A stretch of 51,636 nt of DNA, from positions 1-51,636 of the forward strand of contig JBLIRM010000001.1 in the NCBI GenBank assembly GCA_049472295.1, given 5' to 3'. Of this stretch, positions 29,208 to 38,728 are shown piece after piece. The notes under the pieces are model-generated. The model saw nothing but the letters and a program-made list of their open reading frames with translations, made no database searches and was not told the origin of the DNA. Source of the DNA: a bacterium (lineage in GTDB: Bacteria; SZUA-182; DTGQ01; JAFGSM01). The stretch's first letter is position 1. Every line of letters starts with the position of its first letter. The position numbers were made by a program, and so were the translations under genes.

Positions 29208-30953
29208 ATGTCGTCTGAAGGGAAATTGGCCCAGGTAAAGGATCAACTTGTTCACATTGGTAAGGAAAAGGGATATCTGACTTACGATGAACTGAATGAT
29301 TCTTTGCCCGAAGACGTGGTGTCCTCCTCAGAAATTGATAGTGTTTTTATCATGCTCGACGGCATGGACATTAATGTCATTGAATCTGAAGAAAAGAAAA
29401 AGTTTGCAACGGAAAAATTAGAGCCAGAAGATAAACTGGAATCATTTGAAATCTCCGAGGCAGAGCTTTCTTCAGAATATCTTGGTCGCACGGATGACCC
29501 TGTTAGGATGTATTTAAGAGAGATGGGAATGGTTCCCCTCTTGACAAGGGAAGATGAAGTGAATATCGCCAAACGGATCGAGTCGGGTCGTTTAAAGATG
29601 CTCAAAGCCATCACCCAGACGCCTATAGCCAGCCGGGAATTGATTTCACTCAAAGAAAAGCTGCTTCAAGACAAACGTGATTTCAACGGGAATGAAGAAG
29701 AGATTGTTAACGACACTTCGCTCCAGAAAGACGACATTTGTAAATATATCGATCTAATCGAAGGCATCGAGGCCATTGAAGAGGAGATCGAATCTTTACA
29801 AAAAGAAAGGGGTAAAAAGGGTGTTTCGGCCTCGGACAAGAGGCATCTTAGCAACCAAATAAAGGCCAGACGCCATCAGGTCACCAAGATGGTCCGGATG
29901 ATCCCTCTTGATTCAAGGCAAATCGCGCAGATAGCAGACAGGATTAAACTGTTTCTGGACCATATGGATCATTCCCTTACGGAGATTGAGGCATGCGAAG
30001 ACCAAATGCAGATCTCCTTTAATGAGATGCGCAATTATATGAGAAAGATCAAGAAGAATGAGATATCTCCCTCTGAGATGCCTTTTTCGCTTGATGAATT
30101 GCTCTGTTTCGAAAGAACCATCCAGAACGCCAGACGTCGGATAAAAAAGGTCGAACAGGAAAGCGGTCTGACGGCCAATCAATTACACGAAATCTATCGG
30201 CAAATAGAGGAAGGCTGCGAAGAAACCGATCAGGCCAAGAAGGAACTTGTGGAGGCCAATCTCAGACTGGTGGTCAGCATTGCAAAAAAGTACACCAACA
30301 GAGGCTTACAGTTCCTCGACCTGATTCAGGAGGGTAATATTGGATTGATGAAGGCAGTGGATAAGTTTGAATACAAACGCGGCTATAAATTCAGCACTTA
30401 TGCCACATGGTGGATACGTCAGTCCATCACAAGAGCCATCGCTGACCAGGCCAGAACCATCCGAATCCCTGTTCATATGATCGAAACAATCAATAAGTTG
30501 ATCAGGACATCCCGTGCCTTGGTGCAGGAATTCGGAAGGGAGCCCAGCCCTGAAGAGATTTCCGAGAGGATGGATATGGATGTGGATAAAGTCAGGAAGG
30601 TTCTCAAGATTGCCCAGGAACCCATCTCGCTCGAAACCCCCATAGGGGAAGAGGAAGATACCCATCTGGGTGATTTCATAGAGGATAAAAGGGCAGAATC
30701 TCCCCTTGACTCGGTTATCAACATCAATCTCGAAGATAAGACGGACCTGGTACTCCAGACACTCAGTTACAGGGAAGAGAAGGTACTCAGAAAAAGGTTC
30801 GGCATATCAGAGATGTGCGAACATACACTCGAGGAAGTGGGGCAGGACTTTGATGTGACCAGGGAAAGGATCAGACAGATTGAAGCTAAGGCCCTGCGAA
30901 AGTTGAGGCATCCAAGCCGCAGCAAGCACTTGAAGAGTTTTTATTCCTATTGA
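29208..30953 (+). CDS. rpoD: RNA polymerase primary sigma factor
   Basis: Region 1.2 ([11 protein letters not shown]), region 2 ([16 protein letters not shown].., [31 protein letters not shown]), and regions 3 and 4 ([17 protein letters not shown]). The ATG at 29208 has AAAGGAG 6 nt upstream. Confidence 0.95.
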   Translation: MSSEGKLAQVKDQLVHIGKEKGYLTYDELNDSLPEDVVSSSEIDSVFIMLDGMDINVIESEEKKKFATEKLEPEDKLESFEISEAELSSEYLGRTDDPVRMYLREMGMVPLLTREDEVNIAKRIESGRLKMLKAITQTPIASRELISLKEKLLQDKRDFNGNEEEIVNDTSLQKDDICKYIDLIEGIEAIEEEIESLQKERGKKGVSASDKRHLSNQIKARRHQVTKMVRMIPLDSRQIAQIADRIKLFLDHMDHSLTEIEACEDQMQISFNEMRNYMRKIKKNEISPSEMPFSLDELLCFERTIQNARRRIKKVEQESGLTANQLHEIYRQIEEGCEETDQAKKELVEANLRLVVSIAKKYTNRGLQFLDLIQEGNIGLMKAVDKFEYKRGYKFSTYATWWIRQSITRAIADQARTIRIPVHMIETINKLIRTSRALVQEFGREPSPEEISERMDMDVDKVRKVLKIAQEPISLETPIGEEEDTHLGDFIEDKRAESPLDSVININLEDKTDLVLQTLSYREEKVLRKRFGISEMCEHTLEEVGQDFDVTRERIRQIEAKALRKLRHPSRSKHLKSFYSY

Positions 30954-31126
30954 CAGCGGCAGTGTATTTTCACTCGAAAAGCTTCAAAGGCATAAAGGTG
31001 ATTCCGACTGATGACGCAATATAACTCATGCCGATGGATTTGATCCGGAGCGTTATATTCGATATATTATGGCTTGTGGAAAAATCCGGGATCATTTCTT
31101 TGAGCTTTTTAAACGATATCTTACAA

Positions 31127-31199
31127 GGGCCCATAGCTCAGTTGGAAGAGCCACCGGCTCATAACCGGAAGGTCCCTGGTTCGAACCCAGGTGGGCCCA
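31127..31199 (+). tRNA. tRNA with CAU anticodon (elongator Met or lysidine-modified Ile2; not initiator)
   Basis: Folds as a cloverleaf by hand: acceptor GGGCCCA/TGGGCCC, D arm GCTC..GAGC, anticodon loop CTCATAA, T arm CCTGG-TTCGAAC-CCAGG, discriminator A, no encoded CCA. G1:C72 is paired and the anticodon stem lacks the GGG/CCC run, which argues against tRNA-fMet. Confidence 0.9.
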
Positions 31200-31229
31200 T
31201 TGTTTTACCCGATAATTAAGAGGCGGGTG

Positions 31230-32057
31230 ATGGCGATTGAGCAAAACGACCTTTTTCAGATTTTTGACATTATTGCCCCACCGAATTTGGCGGAATCCTG
31301 GGATAACGTTGGCCCTCAGATTATACCGAATCCAATTCAAGATATCAGCAAGGTCCTCCTTTGTTTAGACTGTCATGAACCGGTCATCAGGGAGGCATTG
31401 AGGATTGGTGCGGAGCTGATTGTATCGCATCATCCCCTGATCTTTTCACCGCTTTCTACATTCATACATAACCATTATCCCTGCGCCCTAATCCATGAAA
31501 TCATCCGTTCCGGCATCTCTCTGTTCGTCATGCATACAAACCTGGATAAGGCCATCGGCGGAGTAAATGACAAACTTGCCGCCATATTCGGGCTTAAGGG
31601 GATTGCTCCTTTAACCTTGCATTCAGCAGGAGATGATCCAAGCTTATCAGAGATCGGTCTCGGCCGAATCGGGGACCTGTCTGAACCCAAGAAGGTAGCA
31701 GATCTATGCCGGTTTATCAAGAAACGCCTCGGACTGCATAAAATAAGGTTTGTTGGAGATCCTGATTTCAAGGTCAAGAGATTGGCAGTCTGTTCCGGAA
31801 GCGGTGCGAGTCTTCTTGATGAAGCTTCAAAACAAGGGGCCCAGGCATTGCTTACAGGTGACGTGAAATATCACCAGGCAAGGCAGGCACAGGGAGTAGA
31901 TATCGTTCTGATCGATGCGGGTCATTTTGCCACGGAACGGATCATTTTGCCCGCACTTAAGGAGCGTTTAACGCAAATGGTTCATGAAAAGGGGGATGGC
32001 TCATATTTGGAAATCCACATTTCAGGCACGGAAGAGGACCCTTTTCAGGATTTATGA
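31230..32057 (+). CDS. Nif3-like dinuclear metal centre protein (YbgI/YqfO family)
   Basis: AESWDNVG, VSHHPLIF, HTNLD, GDVKYH and DAGHFATE motifs. The ATG at 31230 avoids overlap with the tRNA. Confidence 0.85.
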   Translation: MAIEQNDLFQIFDIIAPPNLAESWDNVGPQIIPNPIQDISKVLLCLDCHEPVIREALRIGAELIVSHHPLIFSPLSTFIHNHYPCALIHEIIRSGISLFVMHTNLDKAIGGVNDKLAAIFGLKGIAPLTLHSAGDDPSLSEIGLGRIGDLSEPKKVADLCRFIKKRLGLHKIRFVGDPDFKVKRLAVCSGSGASLLDEASKQGAQALLTGDVKYHQARQAQGVDIVLIDAGHFATERIILPALKERLTQMVHEKGDGSYLEIHISGTEEDPFQDL

Positions 32058-32202
32058 TTTTTTTACAGGCACAATAAAAATGTCCGTCAACCATTACAAG
32101 CCACAGGAATTTTTGAGGAAAAAGATAAATTTTTCAAGACGAAGACAAAAGACCACATTCCCAATACGCATCACAAAATCCTCAGATCAGGGAGGGTAAC
32201 AA

Positions 32203-32922
32203 TTGAATCAGCAACTGGAATATCTGATGGCGCTTCAAGAATTGGATCTTCGCATAAGGATTCTTGATAATGAAATCTCCCTTATGCCTGAAGAAATTGA
32301 AAAACTTCGGCAAGGCTTTCAAAAAGAAGAGGAAGCATTGGACTCAGCAAAAAGGAAATTCGATGAGTTGGAAAAGGAGAGACGAAAAAAGGAGCGATCA
32401 CTCGAGGACGCAGAAGCCAAACAGGGGAAATACAACACCCAACTCCTGTCTGTAAAGACCAATAAGGAATACACCGCCATGCTCCATGAAATCGAGGAGT
32501 GCAAGGATGGGATTTCGAACCTCGAGGAAGAGATCCTTCGATTGTTTGATCAACTGGAGGATGCACAGAGGTTGATCAAGGAGGAAAAGCAAACGGTTGA
32601 TGAAAAGAAAAGGATTTTTGAAAAGGAAAAGGTTCGTATCGAAGCCAAATTGACTGATGTAAAAAGGGAACGCAATGATCTCGAATCTGAGAGGAATGAT
32701 ATCGAGCAAAAATTGGAGGAGGATCTCCTGAAAGAGTATCATAAATTATCCAAATTCAGGAGAGGCATTGCTGTGGCAAGGGCAAAGGATGGTTCTTGTC
32801 TGGGTTGTACGATCAAACTCATGCCGCAACTCTTTCAGGAAATAAAGAAAGAAGAGGATCGGATCTTTCGCTGTCCCAATTGTCACCGTATCCTCTTTTA
32901 TAAAAAGGAAGATAACGAATAA
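32203..32922 (+). CDS. COG1579/DUF164 coiled-coil protein with C-terminal C4 zinc ribbon
   Basis: ~200 aa of heptad-rich sequence, then CLGC..x..CPNCHRILF. TTG start with GGGAGGG 7 nt upstream. Located between NIF3 and rnpB. Confidence 0.8.
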   Translation: MNQQLEYLMALQELDLRIRILDNEISLMPEEIEKLRQGFQKEEEALDSAKRKFDELEKERRKKERSLEDAEAKQGKYNTQLLSVKTNKEYTAMLHEIEECKDGISNLEEEILRLFDQLEDAQRLIKEEKQTVDEKKRIFEKEKVRIEAKLTDVKRERNDLESERNDIEQKLEEDLLKEYHKLSKFRRGIAVARAKDGSCLGCTIKLMPQLFQEIKKEEDRIFRCPNCHRILFYKKEDNE

Positions 32923-32952
32923 TTTCTGATGAATCAGAACGCCATTAATATA

Positions 32953-33329
32953 GGGTCTAAGAGGAACAGATGATCGCTGGTTTTATCTTTATAAACCGGA
33001 GGAAAGTCCGAGCTCCATAGGGCATGATGCTCCGTAACGCGGAGTGGGGGTGACCCTAAGGAAAGTGCCACAGAAAATATACCGCCATTCCTTTATTGGA
33101 TATGGTAAGGGTGAAATGGCGAGGTAAGAGCTCACCGCTTCGATGGTGACATCGAAGGCATGGCAAACCCCATCAGGAGCAAGACCAAATAGGAAGGCGT
33201 TTGAGGGCTGCCCGTCCGAGCCTTCGGGTAGGTCGCTGGAGGCATTGGGTAACCAATGTCCAAGATTAATGATCATCACCCCGGTTATTGACCGGGGAAC
33301 AGAACTCGGCTTATGGTCCTCTTAGGCCC
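32953..33329 (+). ncRNA. rnpB: RNase P RNA, bacterial type A
   Basis: Universal elements GGAGGAAAGTCCGAGCTCC (P4 5' side), GGTAAGGGTGAAA, AGAGCTCACC and ACAGAACTCGGCTTA (P4 3' side). P1 pairs GGGTCTAAGAGGA (32953-32965) with TCCTCTTAGGCCC (33317-33329). The ends are +/- a few nt. Confidence 0.9.
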
Positions 33330-33347
33330 TTTTCTCTTATTCAATCC

Positions 33348-33413
33348 TGATGAACTCGTAAAAAGTCAAAAAAATGTCATTGCGAACGAAGTGAAGCAAT
33401 CTCGTTTGTCATA
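33348..33413. repeat. Single copy of the ~66-nt interspersed repeat unit
   Basis: tgatgaactcgtaaaaagtc...cattgcgaacgaagtgaagcaatctcgtttgtcata. It matches the reverse complement of 2704-2770 with about 5 mismatches and 1 indel (by eye). On the minus strand it reads as a hairpin followed by a T-run, just downstream of the ilvE stop. Confidence 0.75.
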
Positions 33414-33449
33414 AAACAAAAATTCTGCAGCGATATCAGGCATGGCCAT

Positions 33450-34361
33450 TCAATAGACAGGGGTCAGCCATTCCCGATATCTTTCATTCTCCCCTTTGAC
33501 GATACTGAAATAAAGCTTCTGGATCCTCTGGGTGATGGGCCCTACAGTGCCATCTCCGACATTCTTCCCATCCACCTCGATAATGGGTGATACCTGGGCA
33601 CCCGTTCCGCAGAGAAAGGCCTCGTCGCATATATGAAGCTCCGTCCGATCGATCTTTCTCTCAATAACCGTATAACCCAGTTCCTCTCTGCATATCCCTA
33701 TCAGGGCCTTTCGTGTAATACCTTCCAGGATATCATCTGCAACGGATGGCGTGATCAGTTCCCTGTCACGGATGATGAATATATTCTCTGCACTTCCTTC
33801 GGCCACGTGGCCGTCCGAATTCAGCATAATGGCCTCATCGAGGCCCCTCTCCAGCGCCTCGGTTTTTGCGAGTGCGGAGTTCACATAAATACCGCAGAGT
33901 TTGAAACGGGCAGGTACCATGTTCTCAGAAATTCTTCTCCATGTGGACACACATACCCTAATCCCCTTTGACACATCGATATAATCCCCCATGGGGACGG
34001 TATAAAGGGTGAAACCCGCTTCATATCCGACAAATTTCGGGGATATCTTGTCCGGGGTATAATAAACCAGAGGACGGATATACACATCCTCCTTGTGGTT
34101 ATTCTTTTTTACGAGTTCAATGGTGATCCCGCAATAGTCCTCAAGGGAATATGGAAGATCAAAATTCAAAAATCGGCTTCCCTGCATCAGTCTCCTATAA
34201 TGATCTTCCATTTTCAGGATGTACATCTGTTCATGCTCTTTATTCCAGTAGGCCCTGATACCTTCGAATATGGCAGTGCCATAATTAAAGCTGTTATTTC
34301 TTACGTTGATCCTGGCCCCGTCCGATGGTACAAACTGATTATTAAAAAATGTATAAACCAT
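33450..34361 (-). CDS. ilvE: Branched-chain amino acid aminotransferase (PLP fold type IV)
   Basis: Carries YGTAIFEGIRAY and a downstream GTG.. segment; the catalytic Lys region is not pinned down. The layout is typical IlvE. The ATG at 34361 has GGAGGA 8 nt upstream; the track GTG at 34376 sits inside that SD. Confidence 0.9.
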   Translation of the reverse strand: MVYTFFNNQFVPSDGARINVRNNSFNYGTAIFEGIRAYWNKEHEQMYILKMEDHYRRLMQGSRFLNFDLPYSLEDYCGITIELVKKNNHKEDVYIRPLVYYTPDKISPKFVGYEAGFTLYTVPMGDYIDVSKGIRVCVSTWRRISENMVPARFKLCGIYVNSALAKTEALERGLDEAIMLNSDGHVAEGSAENIFIIRDRELITPSVADDILEGITRKALIGICREELGYTVIERKIDRTELHICDEAFLCGTGAQVSPIIEVDGKNVGDGTVGPITQRIQKLYFSIVKGENERYREWLTPVY

Positions 34362-34598
34362 ATAACAATCCTCCACACAGTGACATATAACCGCAGGTCA
34401 TCCTTCAGGCTCAAATCATCAGTGCTTTACCGAGGCTTCGCCTACAATTCGTCCACAATCACCTCAAGGCATAAACTCCCCTCATTAAATAACCCAGGGT
34501 TCATTCAATGGCCATAAAATAACATAATATTTTTATATATTAACATATCTCCTTCAATTATATCAAGACAATAGCAGCCATTACTGTGTTGTCATAAT

Positions 34599-34627
34599 AT
34601 TATAATGATGAAAATATGTTACTGCAA
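34599..34627 (-). promoter_or_regulatory. Candidate sigma70 promoter for ilvE, TTGCAG-17-TATAAT
   Basis: On the minus strand: TTGCAG (34627-34622), a 17-nt spacer, and consensus TATAAT (34604-34599). This implies a ~230-nt leader. Confidence 0.45.
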
Positions 34628-34701
34628 CTTACCGGGATTTCAATTTTCTCAGCAAAGGGATCAACCTTCCCCAGTAATGTTTTTCTTCTTATCCCATCAA
34701 C

Positions 34702-35021
34702 GTGAGCAGACATATTTACGAAGCAATATAGAAAATGTTGTGAGCGGACATATTTACGGAGCAATATAGGGAGGCTTCTTCTGAATTTTTTTGGCGAAGC
34801 GGTGCGTATAAAATTGCAAATATTTGAGCGAAGCGAGTAACCTTACTCTGTCAGGCGGAGCGAAGCGTAGCTACTATGTTGCTTCTCCTGCAACCTAAAA
34901 TGAATGCATACTATATTTTAGAGCGGAGCAAGCCTTAGAAAATTAAAAAAGCCTTCCCGGCTGGCGGAGTAGATATGCCTGCTCACATCTTTATACTACA
35001 GGAGTAAATGTGTCCGCTCAC
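34702..35021. repeat. 320-bp MITE-like non-coding element bounded by paired 18-nt inverted motifs
   Basis: On the left are two direct 30-mers, gtgagcagacatatttacgaagcaatatag (34702-34731) and gtgagcggacatatttacggagcaatatag (34740-34769). On the right are two inverted copies of the first 18 nt, gtagatatgcctgctcac (34969-34986) and gtaaatgtgtccgctcac (35004-35021). The interior is rich in GCGAAGCG/GCGGAGC motifs. No ORF is present. Confidence 0.55.
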
Positions 35022-35053
35022 AACCTTAAACCAAGGATTTAAAATGGAATTTG

Positions 35054-35761
35054 CTAAGAGATTTGCGATGTTTGAGGGGGCGGGGTATTCAAAATATTTC
35101 GTCCGGTCCTTCCTTTGATTTTATAATATAGAAGTTCAGGGAAAAAAAGACCGGCAAAAAAACGAAGGAAGGCTCGAGCCCGGCGGCGTTTTATCTTTGG
35201 GAGTTTGTTCTCATGGGAGAGTATGGCCACACTGGACTTATATACACGGAGTATCCGAATCTCAGCATTACATATCTTAGCCAACCTTCTCAATGCCTTC
35301 TTTGGCCACCAGCTCTTGTGATTCTCCAATTCATTTTCACATATATCCTGCTCGAAAAAATCCGTGGGGGTTGAGATAATCAGATACCTGGAGACTTGAA
35401 GTGCATATTTCACAAATTCAACCACATCCCAGGGCTCAAAATGTTCAATGATGTCAATGGCAATGGCCACATCGTATTTAGGCCCCTTGTATTTGGTTAA
35501 GAAGTCGAGTGCTTCAGAAATGAATACATGATTATAAATATATCTTTGATGATCCTGGATATACTCCCCATAAACTTCAACGCCTTCAATAATCATTTCC
35601 CATGTATGGGGATCGAGTCGATTGCTCATAAAATCGGTCAACTCTCTGATCAGAAAGCCATATTTCCCTGATCCCAGTCCCAAATCAAGCATCCTTTTCG
35701 GGTTGACAGCAAGAATGCATTTGACGATCATCGGTACATTTTCAATCCAGCTCGAGGGCAT
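35054..35761 (-). CDS. Class I SAM-dependent methyltransferase
   Basis: Motif I MLDLGLGSGKYG, and the post-II/III region DVAIAIDIIEHF. Confidence 0.8.
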   Translation of the reverse strand: MPSSWIENVPMIVKCILAVNPKRMLDLGLGSGKYGFLIRELTDFMSNRLDPHTWEMIIEGVEVYGEYIQDHQRYIYNHVFISEALDFLTKYKGPKYDVAIAIDIIEHFEPWDVVEFVKYALQVSRYLIISTPTDFFEQDICENELENHKSWWPKKALRRLAKICNAEIRILRVYKSSVAILSHENKLPKIKRRRARAFLRFFAGLFFPELLYYKIKGRTGRNILNTPPPQTSQIS

Positions 35762-36917
35762 TGATCCCTCCTTTTTTCAAGCCCGCTTCATAAAACAAAA
35801 GGGCATTTTTTTGTATATTAAAACATGCATCTACCCGTGCCCGTGCAGTCAATCTATAAGGTTCTCTATCCTTTTTATCCTTTAACGCCCGTAGAATCTC
35901 CACCATCCCCTCTGTATCATCCTTACCAACCCTGAATCCGATATCCTTATTGACGATTTCAGGAAAAGCGGATTCATCGGAGGTGATGCATGGCAAACCA
36001 CATGCCGCAGCCTCAATGACTGAGATACCAAATGCCTCATATTGACTTAACAGGATAAAGATATCCGCGGCATTATAAAGGGACATCGGATATTTTTTCT
36101 CTCCGAGATAAATCACTTCCCTTTCCAATCCAAAATGTTTGATTTCCTTTCCGAGTCCTTCCAGGTTCCTTGTGCTACCATATCCCGCAATCAGGTATCT
36201 AATCTTCAAGCCTGAATCCAATAATGTTCGGATCACAGGAAAGATATTCTTTATGTTCTTTCTTTCTTCAATCGCCGAAGTGGTCAATAAGACGATCTCT
36301 TCCTTTCCTATCCCGAGTTCCTCACGTGCCTTTTTTCTCAGTCCTTCATCAAAGTAATACTGTTCAAGATCAACCCCGTTATGGAATACCTCGGTCCTTT
36401 TTATATCAACCATTCCCTCTATACTCTTTTTCACATAATGGCTTACAGCGATCATTTTGTCCGCACTCTCGAACAGCCCGATACGCCTCCCCCTTTCATA
36501 GAGCTTGGAGAAAAGCCCGTAATCCTTCTCATAAGGCATATGAAGCAGGACATTATAGCGGAAATCCTTCCTTATCCTTTTCGCAATCACAGCAGCATAG
36601 GCCTCTCCGAATCCCAGAGAGATATTGACCTCATGGAATCTTTTGGTCAGGAAAACCCATAAGAATCCCGGAACGGTTGTGAGCCTCTTATACCGATAAT
36701 GTGGGATATAAATCAGTCGGATATCCTTATCCAGAAAATCCCGTGGGAGACGATCTCTTCTATAAGGACATATGACGGAGACCTGATTACTTTTAAGGGA
36801 TAAAATATTACAGATATCTATCGTATACCTGGTTATCCCTCTAAGATCTTTAAAGAGATATACATATGCAAAGCCAATCGGATGCGTCATGGGTCTCTTG
36901 TAGGATGGAGGAAACAC
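35742..36917 (-). CDS. Glycosyltransferase, GT4 (GT-B fold)
   Basis: C-terminal half has the EX7E-type region SQYEAFGISVIEAAACGLPCITSD. The start is uncertain: GTG at 36917 or ATG at 36890, and neither has a clear SD. Confidence 0.82.
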   Translation of the reverse strand: MFPPSYKRPMTHPIGFAYVYLFKDLRGITRYTIDICNILSLKSNQVSVICPYRRDRLPRDFLDKDIRLIYIPHYRYKRLTTVPGFLWVFLTKRFHEVNISLGFGEAYAAVIAKRIRKDFRYNVLLHMPYEKDYGLFSKLYERGRRIGLFESADKMIAVSHYVKKSIEGMVDIKRTEVFHNGVDLEQYYFDEGLRKKAREELGIGKEEIVLLTTSAIEERKNIKNIFPVIRTLLDSGLKIRYLIAGYGSTRNLEGLGKEIKHFGLEREVIYLGEKKYPMSLYNAADIFILLSQYEAFGISVIEAAACGLPCITSDESAFPEIVNKDIGFRVGKDDTEGMVEILRALKDKKDREPYRLTARARVDACFNIQKNALLFYEAGLKKGGINALELD

Positions 36918-36922
36918 TAATG

Positions 36923-36952
36923 AAAAGGCCCTGGTTTAACCCAGGGCCTTTT
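36923..36952 (-). terminator. Strong hairpin flanked by A4 and T4 (bidirectional-type intrinsic terminator) after the porin-like gene
   Basis: AAAAGGCCCTGG (36923-36934) pairs perfectly with CCAGGGCCTTTT (36941-36952) across a 6-nt loop. It lies 24 nt downstream of the porin-like gene stop. Confidence 0.8.
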
Positions 36953-36975
36953 CTATTTACCTGTCTTTTAAAAAA

Positions 36976-38307
36976 TTAGAAGGTATAGAGTATCTCGTGC
37001 TTCAGCAGCCAGCAATTCTCATTATCCGGGCCAAAAACATCATCAGTAGTAAGCCAGTAAGCGCCCGTACCTGTAAAGGTCAGATTGTCATAGAGTTTGT
37101 AAGCGAGCAGCACATCGATTTCAGTACCAAGGTCGTCTCCGGTTGCCCATTCCGGCTGATTTGTAAAATTGTATTTCTGCACGGAGAATTTACCACTCAG
37201 TTGGGGGGTGAGATCTTTAAACGCATAAAGCTGAATGGCGGTCAAGTTACCAATAGCATGGTCATTTGCTCCTATAATCCCTCTGTACATGACGATATGG
37301 TCATATGCCTGGCGCTCTGAGAAATGAGAGCTGATAGGAATGAATTGGTCGGATTCGGTAGTGCTAGAGTCATCTTTGTCATGGCCGGAGGTATACAGAA
37401 GATTGGCGCCCACTTTGGCCATGGGCAGATCGGCACACACATCCGCAAAAAAGGCATAGCCTGTGATTTCATAATCTGGGAGATTTGTGACGTCACTATC
37501 TACCAAGGTGATCTTGCTGTAATCAAACTCAAGTTTAACCTTGATGGGGTTGAAATCCATATCGCCGGTGAGACCCAACCACATTGCGTCAGCACTATCT
37601 CTTCCTACCATATCTGTTGTTACAGCGCTATCTTCAATGTCTTGGATAGCATCAACAAGGTCATTTGACATATAACCGATATCAGTAACGTCACCATCAG
37701 ATCCCATGACCCCAAAGGCACCTAAGGTAATATTCGGGGCGGCCTTGAAATTAAGGGCGATCCCATAGAGGTCTTCATCATCAAAGTCTGATGCTCCGGT
37801 TGTACCCTCATTCAACTTAGCGGTAAACAATGACAGATTCACATTCTGCACGGCTGTGCTGACCATCAATGCATCATATGTCTTACAGCTTCCGAGAACA
37901 ATGTAGTTTCCGAGATCGATGCCCTGGCGGCCGACCTTTACATTGAACTGAGTCTGGGGGACATCAAAATCCAGATAGGCCAGATCCCAGAGTACGGCCT
38001 TTGGATTTACATCACCCCATATATCGCCGCTATCAACAGAACAGGAAACATGATTCGGAGATAGCATACGGATCACGCCCTTTAGATTGTCATTGGCCTT
38101 GGCTGTGATATAGAGACGGAATCTCTGATCCCAATAGCTAGTGGATTGGGACTCATTTTCCACCTTCTCTCCATCAATATCAAACGCAAAGCCTCTGACC
38201 CTCCACTGGCCATTGAAAGAGACCTCTGCTGCCCTGGCAGGCATAGTACTGAAACACATCACTGTTAAGACGAATACTGCAAATGCCAAACAAAATACCT
38301 TTTTCAT
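36976..38307 (-). CDS. Outer-membrane beta-barrel (porin-like) protein
   Basis: Signal peptide MKKVFCLAFAVFVLTVMCFSTMPARA-AE, alternating beta-strand pattern throughout, and a C-terminal ..EILYTF with terminal Phe. The ATG at 38307 has AAGGAGG upstream. The family was not identified. Confidence 0.6.
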   Translation of the reverse strand: MKKVFCLAFAVFVLTVMCFSTMPARAAEVSFNGQWRVRGFAFDIDGEKVENESQSTSYWDQRFRLYITAKANDNLKGVIRMLSPNHVSCSVDSGDIWGDVNPKAVLWDLAYLDFDVPQTQFNVKVGRQGIDLGNYIVLGSCKTYDALMVSTAVQNVNLSLFTAKLNEGTTGASDFDDEDLYGIALNFKAAPNITLGAFGVMGSDGDVTDIGYMSNDLVDAIQDIEDSAVTTDMVGRDSADAMWLGLTGDMDFNPIKVKLEFDYSKITLVDSDVTNLPDYEITGYAFFADVCADLPMAKVGANLLYTSGHDKDDSSTTESDQFIPISSHFSERQAYDHIVMYRGIIGANDHAIGNLTAIQLYAFKDLTPQLSGKFSVQKYNFTNQPEWATGDDLGTEIDVLLAYKLYDNLTFTGTGAYWLTTDDVFGPDNENCWLLKHEILYTF

Positions 38308-38728
38308 CCCTTTCCTCCTTACATTAACCACAACAAGATTGAACGAACTGCCTGCAAAATTAACCAGAAATCATAAGAAATTTAAATAGCTTTCAATCAT
38401 GGATCAACGAGGTGTCTGTTCGGGCCACCACCTCCTTTACGAGGAATTGTTTTTGACGGTATGAACTTGATTATTGTTAAAAACACTTTAATCAAATTAA
38501 GGGATTTTATATCTCTCCTATCCTAAATAAAAGGCGTATTAAGTGGGTATCCTGGCTGATTATTCCTTTTTATTATATCGGACTAAAGGCCATGGACCAC
38601 CCCCTTCATACCCCCTTTTAAGAATCAACCAAAACACGCTTTTGGATACTACCCTTAAAATAACCAGAATATAGCACTGGATATTTTAATTGTCAAGTCT
38701 TCAAATTGGTTTTTTTCTGTTATATCTA

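Noticed and set aside
32989-33325. ORFs 32989-33279 (-) and 33143-33325 (+)
   Set aside because: Both fall entirely inside the RNase P RNA gene.
34738-34752. TTGTGAGCGGACA resembles the lac operator half-site TTGTGAGCGGATAACAA
   Set aside because: The match is about 11 nt and there is no LacI-family gene nearby. The motif is part of the four-copy terminal repeat, so the resemblance is best treated as coincidence.
34702-34769. Possible CRISPR-like array (two 30-nt direct repeats)
   Set aside because: There are only two copies, separated by 8 nt rather than a spacer-length insert. Inverted copies sit at the other end of the element, and no cas genes are present. This is not a CRISPR array.
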